Source: a bacterium (GTDB lineage Bacteria; UBA8248). From it: a stretch of DNA of 64,000 bases. Shown piece after piece: positions 1 to 9,248 of the stretch; the first letter of the stretch is position 1, and each line of letters starts with the position of its first letter. The DNA lies in contig OZ241996.1 in assembly GCA_965204535.1 (NCBI GenBank), positions 448,001 to 512,000 on the forward strand, read 5' to 3'. The notes beneath the pieces were generated by a model that was given only the letters and a program-made list of their open reading frames with translations, made no database searches and was not told the DNA's origin. The position numbers and the translations under genes were made by a program.

Positions 1-696
1 GGCGCGCGCTCCCTGGATCATTTCAAGTCATATCAGCCGGAAAAGGTCATTACGTTTTGCCCGACTTGCCAGATGCAATACTCCGAATATCAACACCTCT
101 ACACCGGGAAGCCGCTTCTCCCCATGGCGGGAGGTACGAAACATAGCGAGGAGGAAATCCTGCCCTTCGTCCACATCACACAATATCTGGTGGATAATCT
201 GGAGACTTTGCGGGGAGAATTCACGCAAAAGGTCGAGAAGCGCGTGGCCGTGCACCTGCACGGGGGCAGCGATGGCGTCGAGGAAAACGTGGTGAAAATC
301 CTCCGAGCGGTTCCCGGGCTCGAATTCGTCGAGATTGAACAACTCTCCGATCATGCCTATCAGTGCCCCACGCTCGTCATTCCTGAGGCGAAAGCGGCGA
401 TGCGCGAGAAACTTTTCGACTCGGCGCGCCGCGCCAGGGTGGATTCGCTGCTCACCGTTTATCATAGCTGCCATCGTGAACTATGCGGTCTGGAAAAGGG
501 TGAGCCCTTTGAAATCGAGAATTTCATGACGATTCTCGGCCAGGCGATGGGGTTCGAGTATCCGGACTACACCAAGACGTACAAAATCTATGAGGATATC
601 GCTCGGGTCATCGAAGAGGCGGGCGAGGCGCTGCGCGCTTTTGGAATGACGCCCGAGAAAATGCGGGAGCAGCTTCAAGCGGCCCTCTACGGCTGA
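1..696 (+). CDS. Fe-S binding protein of the CCG-domain (HdrB/GlpC/GlcF-like) family, 5'-truncated by window edge
   Basis: Frame 1 is open from base 1 (..VITFCPTCQMQY..) through ..YHSCHRELC..; CPxC and HSC cysteine-rich CCG-type motifs. Confidence 0.7.
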   Translation, partial: GARSLDHFKSYQPEKVITFCPTCQMQYSEYQHLYTGKPLLPMAGGTKHSEEEILPFVHITQYLVDNLETLRGEFTQKVEKRVAVHLHGGSDGVEENVVKILRAVPGLEFVEIEQLSDHAYQCPTLVIPEAKAAMREKLFDSARRARVDSLLTVYHSCHRELCGLEKGEPFEIENFMTILGQAMGFEYPDYTKTYKIYEDIARVIEEAGEALRAFGMTPEKMREQLQAALYG

Positions 697-737
697 GAGC
701 GGGGCATTTCAAGGCATTGAAAACTTAGCGATTTTCC

Positions 738-1424
738 TCATTTCCGCACCAGAACGATATTGAAATTTCCCAACTCAAACGTTTTTCCCAGGGAAACTTT
801 CTTGAGCGGGATGATCAAAGAGGGTCTCGCTCTTTCATGGTCACCCAGTCTCGGGTCGCCCCGAAAATACAGTTGTGTCACCAGGGGCCGGTAATCAGGG
901 TGGCGGATGTAAAAATGAATGTGTGACGGTCTCGCCCAGAATCCGAATCCGTATCGCCCCGGATGCACGGTTTCGAACTGGTACAGCCCTCTCCTTGTGG
1001 AGCGCATACGCGCCCTGTAGAGATAATTCTCCTTCTCGTCCATGCCGTGGTAGCTGCCGCTGTCATCCGCCTGCCAGACGTCGATAATCGCGCCCTCGAG
1101 CGTTTTCTGGGTGTCATGTCCATAGACGCGGCCGCGGATGAGCATGGGCGTTCCCGCCGCGTCCCGGGGCATCAGGCGGCCACGGAAAGGAGCCCCTTCC
1201 TTGTAATAGGGTCCCATGGAGTCCGAGTGAGTCGGCATTCGCGCCTGGGGCGGAGCCTCATCCGGCTTTTCGCCTTGCGCGAGCAGAAATTTTCCGTATT
1301 CCCCCAAGTCTCCATAAGCGGGCGTGGGAGCGAGGGTTTTCCGAAGCGCGAATGCGCCTGTGCCGAGCACGGTCAGGCCGAGCAGGGAGTTTTTCAGCAG
1401 CTCTCGTCTGTTCCATTTCTCCAT
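738..1424 (-). CDS. Intradiol ring-cleavage dioxygenase-like protein with probable Tat signal
   Basis: N-terminal RRELLK plus hydrophobic stretch; GPYY, DVWQAD..G.Y, PG.Y and RPSHIHF motifs (Tyr/Tyr/His/His iron ligands). Confidence 0.85.
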   Translation of the reverse strand: MEKWNRRELLKNSLLGLTVLGTGAFALRKTLAPTPAYGDLGEYGKFLLAQGEKPDEAPPQARMPTHSDSMGPYYKEGAPFRGRLMPRDAAGTPMLIRGRVYGHDTQKTLEGAIIDVWQADDSGSYHGMDEKENYLYRARMRSTRRGLYQFETVHPGRYGFGFWARPSHIHFYIRHPDYRPLVTQLYFRGDPRLGDHERARPSLIIPLKKVSLGKTFELGNFNIVLVRK

Positions 1425-1615
1425 GACGAAATCCCCGGCGGCGGGATACGTTTCTCTGGGAAGATTACCACTTCTGAGCGCGCATACGCCAGTTCCCGAA
1501 ATTCACCCCTGTCGCATCGGCGGACAATCTCTTCGGCATCGCCTGAGAGTGAATGAAAACAATACCATGCCGGCATGAGCGTCCCTGCGGATTGATGTCG
1601 TCCGAAGTGAAGAAA

Positions 1616-2002
1616 TCAGCCGCGCTGGGCCATCTCGATGCTGATGTTGTCAGGCCCCTTGATGAAGGCGATCTTCACACCCGGCCGAATCTCCCAGGGC
1701 TCGCAAATCCACTCCGCGCCCTTTTCGGTCAGCTCTTTTTGCGCCTCGTCCATGTCGTCGACCCGGAGTCCGAAATGATCCAGCCCGTAGCGGGGCTCGG
1801 AACCCGTGCGCACGGGGTCTTCTCCCTCCGCCCGGCCCGAGACGAGGAACACCATGCCGTTCAGCTCCATGTTGAACGACGGCGCGCGCCCCAGCTTCCG
1901 CTCCTCCACGACGGTGGCGCCGAACATGTCGATCCAGAAATCGCGGGCGGCGTGCGGGTCTTCGCTCCTGAAGTGAAGGTGGTCGTATGAGTATTCGGCC
2001 AT
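1616..2002 (-). CDS. VOC/glyoxalase family protein
   Basis: YDHLHFRS..GLDHFGLRVDD..AFIKGPDNISIE; ATG at 2002 preceded by GAGAGGGG RBS. Confidence 0.85.
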   Translation of the reverse strand: MAEYSYDHLHFRSEDPHAARDFWIDMFGATVVEERKLGRAPSFNMELNGMVFLVSGRAEGEDPVRTGSEPRYGLDHFGLRVDDMDEAQKELTEKGAEWICEPWEIRPGVKIAFIKGPDNISIEMAQRG

Positions 2003-2127
2003 GCGGGATTCCCCTCTCGATGAGCTGTAAACCTCTGATTTGATGAGGTGTCCGGTTGTCTTTCGGCTTGGTGAGCCTTGGATTGTAAGGATAGCGGCCG
2101 GGAGTGGCAAGGGGCGTGAAGCCGGGT

Positions 2128-2769
2128 CTAGCCGGGTCCGCCCTCTTCTTCCTGTATGAGTTTCTCGGCCTCGGCCATCTCGTGGAAGAGCTCGCAGGTA
2201 GCCGAGAAATCCCTTTCCAGCTTGTCGAAAAGCTCCCTGATTCGCGCGGGCGAAATGACGCTGCAGAGTTGGTTATATACCGCCTGCCAGGCGAGCGTTC
2301 CGTGCTCGCCGCGCTGGAAATCAACCTCCTCGCTCGCCGTGATGGCGTCGTATCTCTCGTGTTCGTGCTCGAGAATGTCTCTGAGCACCGGCTCGTAGTT
2401 CGGGTCGTTCGAGTTCATGTAGCGCATGAGGTAATGCCTGAATTGGGGTTCTTTTTCCACCGGCTGCGGGTCGGACATCTCGCGCAGAACCTGGCAGGTG
2501 GCGGCGAAATCCTTCTCCAGCCGCTCGAAGAGCTGCTCAATGTGGAACGGGGTGAGAATGTCCGTAAGTTCCGTAAAAACAACGTGCCACATGTGGGGAA
2601 GCCGCTCTCCGCGGGTCGACTCGGCCCCCTCGCCGACGGTGCTCTCGTCATACACCTCGTGTTCGTGATCGAGCAAATCCATGAGCACCGGCTCGTAGTT
2701 CGGGTCGGCCGAATGGAGGTAGCGCATGAGATAGGGCTTGTATTTCCGTACCTTATGGCGTCTGGGCAT
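2128..2769 (-). CDS. Hypothetical protein made of two tandem ~100-aa repeats
   Basis: YLMRYLHSADPNYEPVLMDLLDHEHE..LFERLEKDFAATC is repeated as YLMRYMNSNDPNYEPVLRDILEHEHE..LFDKLERDFSATC; DNA repeat offset 300 nt. Confidence 0.75.
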   Translation of the reverse strand: MPRRHKVRKYKPYLMRYLHSADPNYEPVLMDLLDHEHEVYDESTVGEGAESTRGERLPHMWHVVFTELTDILTPFHIEQLFERLEKDFAATCQVLREMSDPQPVEKEPQFRHYLMRYMNSNDPNYEPVLRDILEHEHERYDAITASEEVDFQRGEHGTLAWQAVYNQLCSVISPARIRELFDKLERDFSATCELFHEMAEAEKLIQEEEGGPG

Positions 2770-3257
2770 CGCGGTTTCCTCTTAGGAAATGACTCCCGGA
2801 TATGGTGACCCCATTATATCACCAAACCGGGCCGCCTCGCTATGGACTGTTTCCCGGCGACGGAATCCGGCCTCCTAAACTATTGAATTACAAGGAGATA
2901 CCACTTATAAAAAAAATGAAAGACGATTTTGATCGCCCGGGAGTCGACCGGAGCGGTGCGGGTGCGAAAATCCCCGCAAATCCGCGCATTTGCCGTCATG
3001 GCAAGCGTAGCGATCCGTGGCAGGATTCCCCTGCGCCCGGATTCCGCGGCGTCATTTCCCGAGAAAAAAATTGTCAGCTATTTATCGAAAAACCCCGTGA
3101 ATTTATCGGTATTTATCGAATTTTTCGGAAATTCCTTATCTTCGAGCGAAGCGACCGGCTTCGCCATGATACCCGTGTTCTCCTCTTCTCCCGTCCCCGC
3201 AAATGCGGGCAAATGCGGCGGCCGCCCCAGACCGGGACGCGCCCTTGCCCCCCTTGC

Positions 3258-3449
3258 GGGGGGTGTTGAAAAACCCCCTGAGAGGGTAATGGCAACCCCC
3301 TTGAAAGGGAAACTTCATAAAGGCAACCCCCCCTACCCCCCCTTGACGGGGGGGTATAAAAAGGCGATGCGCTCTCGCCGGGCTGAGGGGGTTTTGCTTT
3401 TTCTTGCCCCCCTGTCAAGGGGGGGTAGGGGGGGTTGGTTTTCAGGGCG
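3258..3449. repeat. MITE-like element (GGGTGTTGAAAAA end plus ~30-bp C/G-tract inverted-repeat core)
   Basis: Arms AACCCCCCCTACCCCCCCTTGACGGGGGGG (3325-3354) and CCCCCCTGTCAAGGGGGGGTAGGGGGGGTT (3407-3436); homologous copies at ~17.1, 19.3, 29.4, 42.0, 45.2, 48.3 and 53.5 kb. Confidence 0.85.
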
Positions 3450-3451
3450 AG

Positions 3452-3477
3452 GTAGGGACAGGTCGCGACCTGTCCCT
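3452..3477. repeat. GTAG-type REP palindrome
   Basis: GTAGGGACAGGTCGCGACCTGTCCCT; identical copies at 20142 and 39203. Confidence 0.85.
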
Positions 3478-3680
3478 GTCGTAAACGGCGCCGAACTCGG
3501 GAAGGCGTCATTTCCCCCCGCGTTCACCGATGCCGCCGCTCTCTTGAGGATCAAACCCGACCCGCTAGGAACCGCGCCCCGAAATGTGCGATATTCCCTT
3601 CCCATGAGGACCCGTAAGGAAGCATCGCATCGCCACCTATCCCTTATCGCCGCACGGCGCGGCTCCGTCTGAGGCCGGGC

Positions 3681-6485
3681 GTGCGCCTCTCCTGGAACGA
3701 GATGCGCGTGCGCGCGGCGGGGTTCGCCCGCGAGTGGGCGGGCGCTGCGTACGAAAAAGGCGAGACGCAGAGTTTCTACAACGAGTTCTTCGAGATTTTC
3801 GGCGTCCGGCGCCGCTCCGTCGCGCGCTTCGAAGAACACGTGAGGCGCCTCGACAACACCCACGGCTACATCGACCTCTTCTGGCCGCGCGTCCTGCTCG
3901 TCGAGCAGAAAAGCGAGGGCCGCGACCTGGAGCGCGCCTACGGGCAGGCGGGGGAATACTTCGACGCCCTGCCCGAAAGAGAAAAACCCGGCCACATCCT
4001 GGTGAGTGATTTCCAGACCTTCGAGCTTTACGACCTGGACGAGCGCGAGCGCACCGCCTTCTCCCTCGCCGACCTGCCCGCCAACGTCGAGAAATTCGGC
4101 TTCATCCTGGGCGTGCGCCGCCGCGCCTTTCGCGATCAGGACCCCGCCAACATCAAGGCCGCCGAACTCGCGGGGAACCTGCACGACGCCCTCGCCGAGG
4201 CGGGCTATACGGGGGACGATCTCGAACGCTTCCTGGTGCGCGTCGTCTTCTGCCTCTTCGCCGACGACACGGGCATCTTCGAGCCGCGCGACATCTTTTT
4301 GAACTACGTCGAAGAGCGCACGAGCGAGGACGGCTCGGACACCGGGGCGCGGCTGGCCGAACTGTTCCAGGTGCTGGATACGCCTGAGGATGCGCGCCAG
4401 AGGACGCTGGATGAGGATTTGGCGCGCTTCCCTTACGTGAACGGCGATTTGTTCCGGGATGCCCTGCGCATTCCTTCCTTCAACGCCGCCATGCGGAACG
4501 CCCTGCTCGAAACCTGCCGCTTCGACTGGTCGAACATCTCGCCCGCCATCTTCGGCGCGCTCTTTCAATCCGTGATGAACCCGGCGGAGCGCCGCGCGCA
4601 GGGGGCGCACTACACGACCGAGAAGAACATCCTGAAAGTCATCGAGCCGCTCTTTCTGGATGACTTGCGCGCGGAGTTCGAGCGCCTGAAAGCCCGCAGG
4701 GACAGCCGCCGCTCGGCGGAACTCAGGCGGTTTCAGGAAAAACTTGGCCGTATGAATTTCTTCGACCCGGCTTGCGGGTGCGGAAATTTCTTGATCATCG
4801 CCTACCGCGAACTGCGCGAACTGGAGATGGAAGTGATCCGCGAACTGCGCTCCGACGAGATACAGCGCGAACTCGACGTGGCCGGGCTTTCCCAAATCAC
4901 CGTGGATCAGTTCTACGGGATCGAACTCGGCGAGTTTCCGGCGCGCATCGCCGAGACGGCGCTCTGGATGATGGACCACATCATGAACAACCGCCTGAGC
5001 CTCGAATTCGGCCAGACCTACACGCGCATTCCGCTCACGACCTCCCCGCACATCCTCTGCGCCGACGCGCTCGAAACCGACTGGGCGGAGCTTCTCCCGC
5101 CTCAGGATTGTTCTTATGTTTTCGGCAATCCGCCTTTCGTGGGGCATCAATGGCGCACGAGAGATCAACAGGCCGGCATGGCGCGCATTTGGGGTACGGA
5201 AGGGCAATTCAATCGGCTCGATTATGTGACTTGCTGGTTCAATAAGGCCATGCGCTACGCGGAAAAAAAGGAATCGATCGAGATCGCCTTCGTTGCGACA
5301 AATTCCATCGTACAAGGAGAGCAAGCTGGCGTTCTATGGCCGGTGTTGTTTGCCGGTGGCTTGTCTATACGTTTCGCGCATCGCACGTTTCAGTGGAATA
5401 GTGAAGCCCGAGGCTCAGCGGCAGTGCACTGCGTCATCATCGGGATGACCTTCGCCAAGGACGGAAAAAAGACGATCTATGATTACGATCATTTGCGCGG
5501 AGAGCCCCACGAGTCTGAAGTGAAGCGAATCAATGGGTATTTGATCGACGGGCCGCAGTATACGGTCCCTGCGCGCTCAAGAACGCCGATTGGTCGCCTG
5601 AAAATGCACAAGGGGAGCCAGCCGACCGATGGCGCTCGTCTCAAGAAGCCGGAAGGCGGATACATCACCTTCAGCAATCTAATCCTGAATGAAGAAGATA
5701 AGGCGGAACTTCTCGTGGCTGAGCCGGAATGCGAAAAATGGCTGAAACCTTTTGTTGGTGGTGAAGAACTAATCTCTGGGAAGTGGCGATGGTGTTTTTG
5801 GCTCAAGAACGCTGAACCGTCGGAATTGCGCGCGTCAAGGGCGATTAAGGAACGGCTTGAGCGAGTACGCGAAGGACGATTGCAAAGCCCGACGGCAAGT
5901 GTGCGCGAATATGCGAAATTTCCGACGCTGTTCACGCAGGATCGGCAACCGACGACGCCTTATCTCGCGGTTCCCGCAGTATCGTCTGAGACGCGCGAAT
6001 ATATACCGATAGCGATATAGCCGCCTACTGTTATTGCATCTGACCAAGTAAGGATTATTCCGGGAGCAGGGCTGCTTTATTTCGGTGTTCTTACTTCTGC
6101 GATGCACATGGCGTGGATGCGTACGGTCGCTGGCCGATTGAAAAGTGATTACAGGTATTCCCCGGCCATCTACAATTCGTTCGCTTGGCCAGAAATGGTG
6201 GATGACCAAGAAGCGAAAATCGTCGATTTGGCTCAGGTCGTTCTGGACGCCCGCGCGGCGTACCCCGAAGCGACGCTGGCCGACCTCTACGACCCGGACC
6301 TCATGCCGCCCGATCTTCGCCGCGCCCACCAATCCCTCGACCGCGCCGTGGATCGTCTCTACCGCCGCTCCGGCTTCGCCTCCGAGCGCGAGCGCGTGGA
6401 GCACCTCTTCGCCTTGTACGAGAAAATGCGCGCGCCGCTTGAGGTGGGGGTGAGGGGGAGGAGACGACGGCGGAGAAGGGGGTGA
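3681..6485 (+). pseudogene. MmeI/YeeA-like Type IIL restriction-modification enzyme interrupted by in-frame TAG at 6018-6020
   Basis: Nuclease motif IDLFWP..LLVEQKS, motif I DPACGCGNFL, motif IV GNPPF, C-terminal ..MHMAWMRTVAGRLKSDYRYS..LADLYDPDLMP..; ORFs 3681-6020 and 6102-6485 share a frame and the intervening codons read PPTVIASDQVRIIPGAGLLYFGVLTSA. Confidence 0.85.
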
Positions 6486-6604
6486 AAGGATACGGCCCCT
6501 CTCAGAATGCTTGATGAAGCCCTATGTTTTTCTAATATGGTAATTTGGAATCATGGCTTTTATTTCCCAAGAAACTAAAATGGACGAGTTGAGGAGAATT
6601 ACCA

Positions 6605-7468
6605 TTGGGTGCGAATCGTCCGAAGCGGCATCATTATATCCCTGAGATGCTACTTAAGAATTTCTGCGATGATAGTGGTTTCTTGTGGGTAGGAGATCAA
6701 AAACGCAGAAAACATTATCAAGCAAATCCCACGAATGTGTTCGTAAAGAGTAATCTATATGCGAGGCACGATTTCTCCCGAGCAACTGAAAGTTATGAAT
6801 ATGAAGATTCACTATCTAAAATCGAAAGTAAAGCTGAACCTGCGATATCGAGCCTCATTGAACAAGTCCGATGTGGGCGCTATCCTCGGCTTGACCCGGC
6901 ACTCGATGACCATCTCAAAAAGTTTGTGATAGCTCTAGCTCGCCGGACGCCTGAATCCCAAGAGCGTGTCGCATCGGCCAAAGACCGTGATGTCTTTTAT
7001 GAAGTATCGAAGGCTCTGGCCGATAAACAAAACTACGATCTCCCTGCTCCAGAAATTCTTTACCAGGATCCTCGCATTCGAAAACTCAAGCAACGCATAG
7101 AATCAAATGCCAATGCTAGTTTTGCTGCTGGGGATAGACCGAATGAAAAAAATGAAGCTGAGCGTTTTTCTCGTGAAATAGGTTGGGGCATCGCACGAAT
7201 TTGCCTGCCGAAGAGGAGTTTTGTCATTGGAAGCCACGGCCTTACCTTTGTTGAGCGAGACGGGCCAATAAAGGGGAGTTGGCTACCTGCTGCTTACGAT
7301 GTCGCTGTCCAGTTCACAGCTTTTCCTGACAGAGGCTTCATGCTTGTACTTGATCGTAACAATGAGTCGATCATCAATGTGATTAATCGAGCCACCGCTG
7401 CGCAAAGCAGAATTATCGCTGGGCGTTCGGAAACTCTTGTACGTTCATTGATGCGGAAACGAACTTGA
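6605..7468 (+). CDS. DUF4238-like protein (low GC, likely acquired)
   Basis: N-terminal RHHYIPEMLLKNF and ..NLY..E..LSKIE motif typical of DUF4238; AT-richer than flanks. Confidence 0.7.
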   Translation: MGANRPKRHHYIPEMLLKNFCDDSGFLWVGDQKRRKHYQANPTNVFVKSNLYARHDFSRATESYEYEDSLSKIESKAEPAISSLIEQVRCGRYPRLDPALDDHLKKFVIALARRTPESQERVASAKDRDVFYEVSKALADKQNYDLPAPEILYQDPRIRKLKQRIESNANASFAAGDRPNEKNEAERFSREIGWGIARICLPKRSFVIGSHGLTFVERDGPIKGSWLPAAYDVAVQFTAFPDRGFMLVLDRNNESIINVINRATAAQSRIIAGRSETLVRSLMRKRT

Positions 7469-7699
7469 AAAGATTGACACGAGATTCAAAAGCGATGCCA
7501 CGGAAATCTGGTTTTTTCCGGTCGGTCCGGGAGTCGGACTACTCGGCATAATTGTTTCACATATCTGATCTGGAGAGTCCTTTCGGGTAAAGTCCGGGTT
7601 GCGCGACAACCTTTCGGCCAAAGACGCTTGAACATGAACACGGAACATTCCGAAGCCCGATTCAAGAATGTCTCCAACTTGCGTTGCCGGCTTCCGTAT

Positions 7700-7717
7700 G
7701 TTATATTTATATATAAC
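7700..7717. promoter_or_regulatory. PemIK/MazEF autoregulatory operator palindrome
   Basis: GTTATAT-TTAT-ATATAAC perfect 7-bp inverted repeat 12 nt before the antitoxin ATG; resembles the pem/parD operator. Confidence 0.7.
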
Positions 7718-7729
7718 TTGGAGGGTGTC

Positions 7730-7987
7730 ATGCATACGACAAATCTGCGCAAAGTCGGTGGTTCCATCATGCTGGCCGTTCCCCCCGCCCTTCTCGACCT
7801 CCTGAAACTCGGGGTCGGCGCGAAGGTGGAAATAGACGTGGAGGACGGTCGCCTGATCGTCGAGCCCAAAGCACGTCCCGTCTATTCACTCGATGAGCTC
7901 CTCGCGCAATGCGAAGAAACCCCTGCGCAGCCCGCCGAGGACCGCGCCTGGATGGAGGCCAGACCGGTTGGCAACGAGTTGTTGTAG
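7730..7987 (+). CDS. pemI: AbrB/MazE (PemI-like) antitoxin
   Basis: MHTTNLRKVGGSIMLAVPPALL..YSLDELLAQC; GGAGG RBS; overlaps toxin start. Confidence 0.9.
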   Translation: MHTTNLRKVGGSIMLAVPPALLDLLKLGVGAKVEIDVEDGRLIVEPKARPVYSLDELLAQCEETPAQPAEDRAWMEARPVGNELL

Positions 7988-8319
7988 TGAAGCGGGGTGA
8001 AATCTGGCTCGTCAGCCTCGACCCCACCGCAGGCCATGAACAACAGGGTACCCGTCCGGTACTGATCGTATCCCCGGACCCGTTCAATAGACTCACCGGG
8101 ACGCCCGTGGTCTTGCCGATCACATCGGGCGGCGACTTTGCGCGCAGGGCAGGCTTCGCAGTTTCTCTCTCGGACGCGGGTACCCGAACAACCGGTGTCG
8201 TCCGTTGCGACCAGCCGAGGTCCCTTGATCTCGCTGCCCGCAACGGGGCGCGTCTCGAAACCGTTCCTGAACTTATTATGGACGAAGTGCTTGCCCGGCT
8301 CGCCACCATCCTCGAATAA
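7987..8319 (+). CDS. pemK: PemK/MazF endoribonuclease toxin
   Basis: GTG start overlapping antitoxin stop; RGEIWLVSLDPTAGHEQQGTRPVLIVSP..GVVRCDQPRSLD. Confidence 0.9.
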   Translation: MKRGEIWLVSLDPTAGHEQQGTRPVLIVSPDPFNRLTGTPVVLPITSGGDFARRAGFAVSLSDAGTRTTGVVRCDQPRSLDLAARNGARLETVPELIMDEVLARLATILE

Positions 8320-8633
8320 AAAGTGATTGTTCGTCTTCAATGCCGGACCGCACCCATCAGTGATTTCCCGTTTCGGGTCCCAGTTCCTGTGAATGACGCT
8401 AATTCGCCGATGCAATAGAGGGAGCGGCGCCGATTGGCTTAATCGGTCCTGGTTCTGGAGCGGATTCGAATACCGTCATTCGCTTCTCTCCAGTTTATCT
8501 CGTGGAGTAGCCCGTCCAGTCTCGCCCGGAACGGAGGACAAGTCAAAGCGATTCGTACCGGGAGGAGGGGAGTTTGTTCCGTCAATTCATCCGCGGCCAT
8601 GCAATCGGCAGAACCGGAAATTTCAGGCGGGGT

Positions 8634-9218
8634 TCAGGGGCCGTACACCCGGATGGCGGAGGGCTGCGTCGGGCAGAAATACTCGCAGACGCCGCACCCG
8701 ATACACCCTTTCTCGACCACGGGGCCGCGGACGCCTCCTGCGCGCTCGAGGCGGATGGCCTCTGAACCGAGCGGGCACCTGTCCACGCAATAATCACACC
8801 CCGGGTCCGTCCCGCTCCACGCGAGGCAGCGATCGGGGCTCACCTGCGCGAGCCCGATGCGTATCTCCTCGCGGGATACCAGGGTGAGCGCGCCGCTCGG
8901 GCAGGCCTTCATGCAGGCGAGGTCCTCACAGACGATGCAGGCGGCCTCCTGGGGGACGATGACCGGATGGAGGGTGTCCGAGTCGTCCGCTCCGGGGACC
9001 AGCCGGATGGCGTCGGCCGGGCAGACCTCCGCGCACGCGCCGACGCCGCAGCAAAGCTCCAGGAATTCCTCCTCGGGCGCCGCGCCCGGGGGCCGGAGCG
9101 GCGGCCGGGGCGTGTCGCCGCCATCGGCGGAAGAGCCTGCAAGAACCGCCTGGATAAAGGCGAAGGGTCCCTTCTGGAGGAAGGCGCGCCGGTCGAATTC
9201 AATCGGCTTCATCGTCAT
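8634..9218 (-). CDS. NapG/MauM-like polyferredoxin (second copy)
   Basis: DRRAFL, LRPPGA, several CxxCxxxCP clusters; last gene of the nap-like operon. Confidence 0.8.
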   Translation of the reverse strand: MTMKPIEFDRRAFLQKGPFAFIQAVLAGSSADGGDTPRPPLRPPGAAPEEEFLELCCGVGACAEVCPADAIRLVPGADDSDTLHPVIVPQEAACIVCEDLACMKACPSGALTLVSREEIRIGLAQVSPDRCLAWSGTDPGCDYCVDRCPLGSEAIRLERAGGVRGPVVEKGCIGCGVCEYFCPTQPSAIRVYGP

Positions 9219-9248
9219 CCCCAGACCAGCCTGCGAGCCGGGATTGTC

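Noticed and set aside
2929-3672. ORFs sharing PPYPPL(S/T)GG / PLSRGGRGG peptides (also near 17.0, 19.2, 29.4, 42.0, 44.8, 48.1 and 53.3 kb)
   Set aside because: Translations of the non-coding palindromic repeat family, not a protein family
3333-5324. 663-aa minus-strand ORF
   Set aside because: Antisense shadow of the GC3-rich MmeI-like gene; no motifs, and it ends inside a repeat
6018-6020. Pyrrolysine or genome-wide TAG recoding
   Set aside because: TAG terminates many intact genes here (e.g. 7985, 16623, 21740), the position is not catalytic, and no pyl genes are visible
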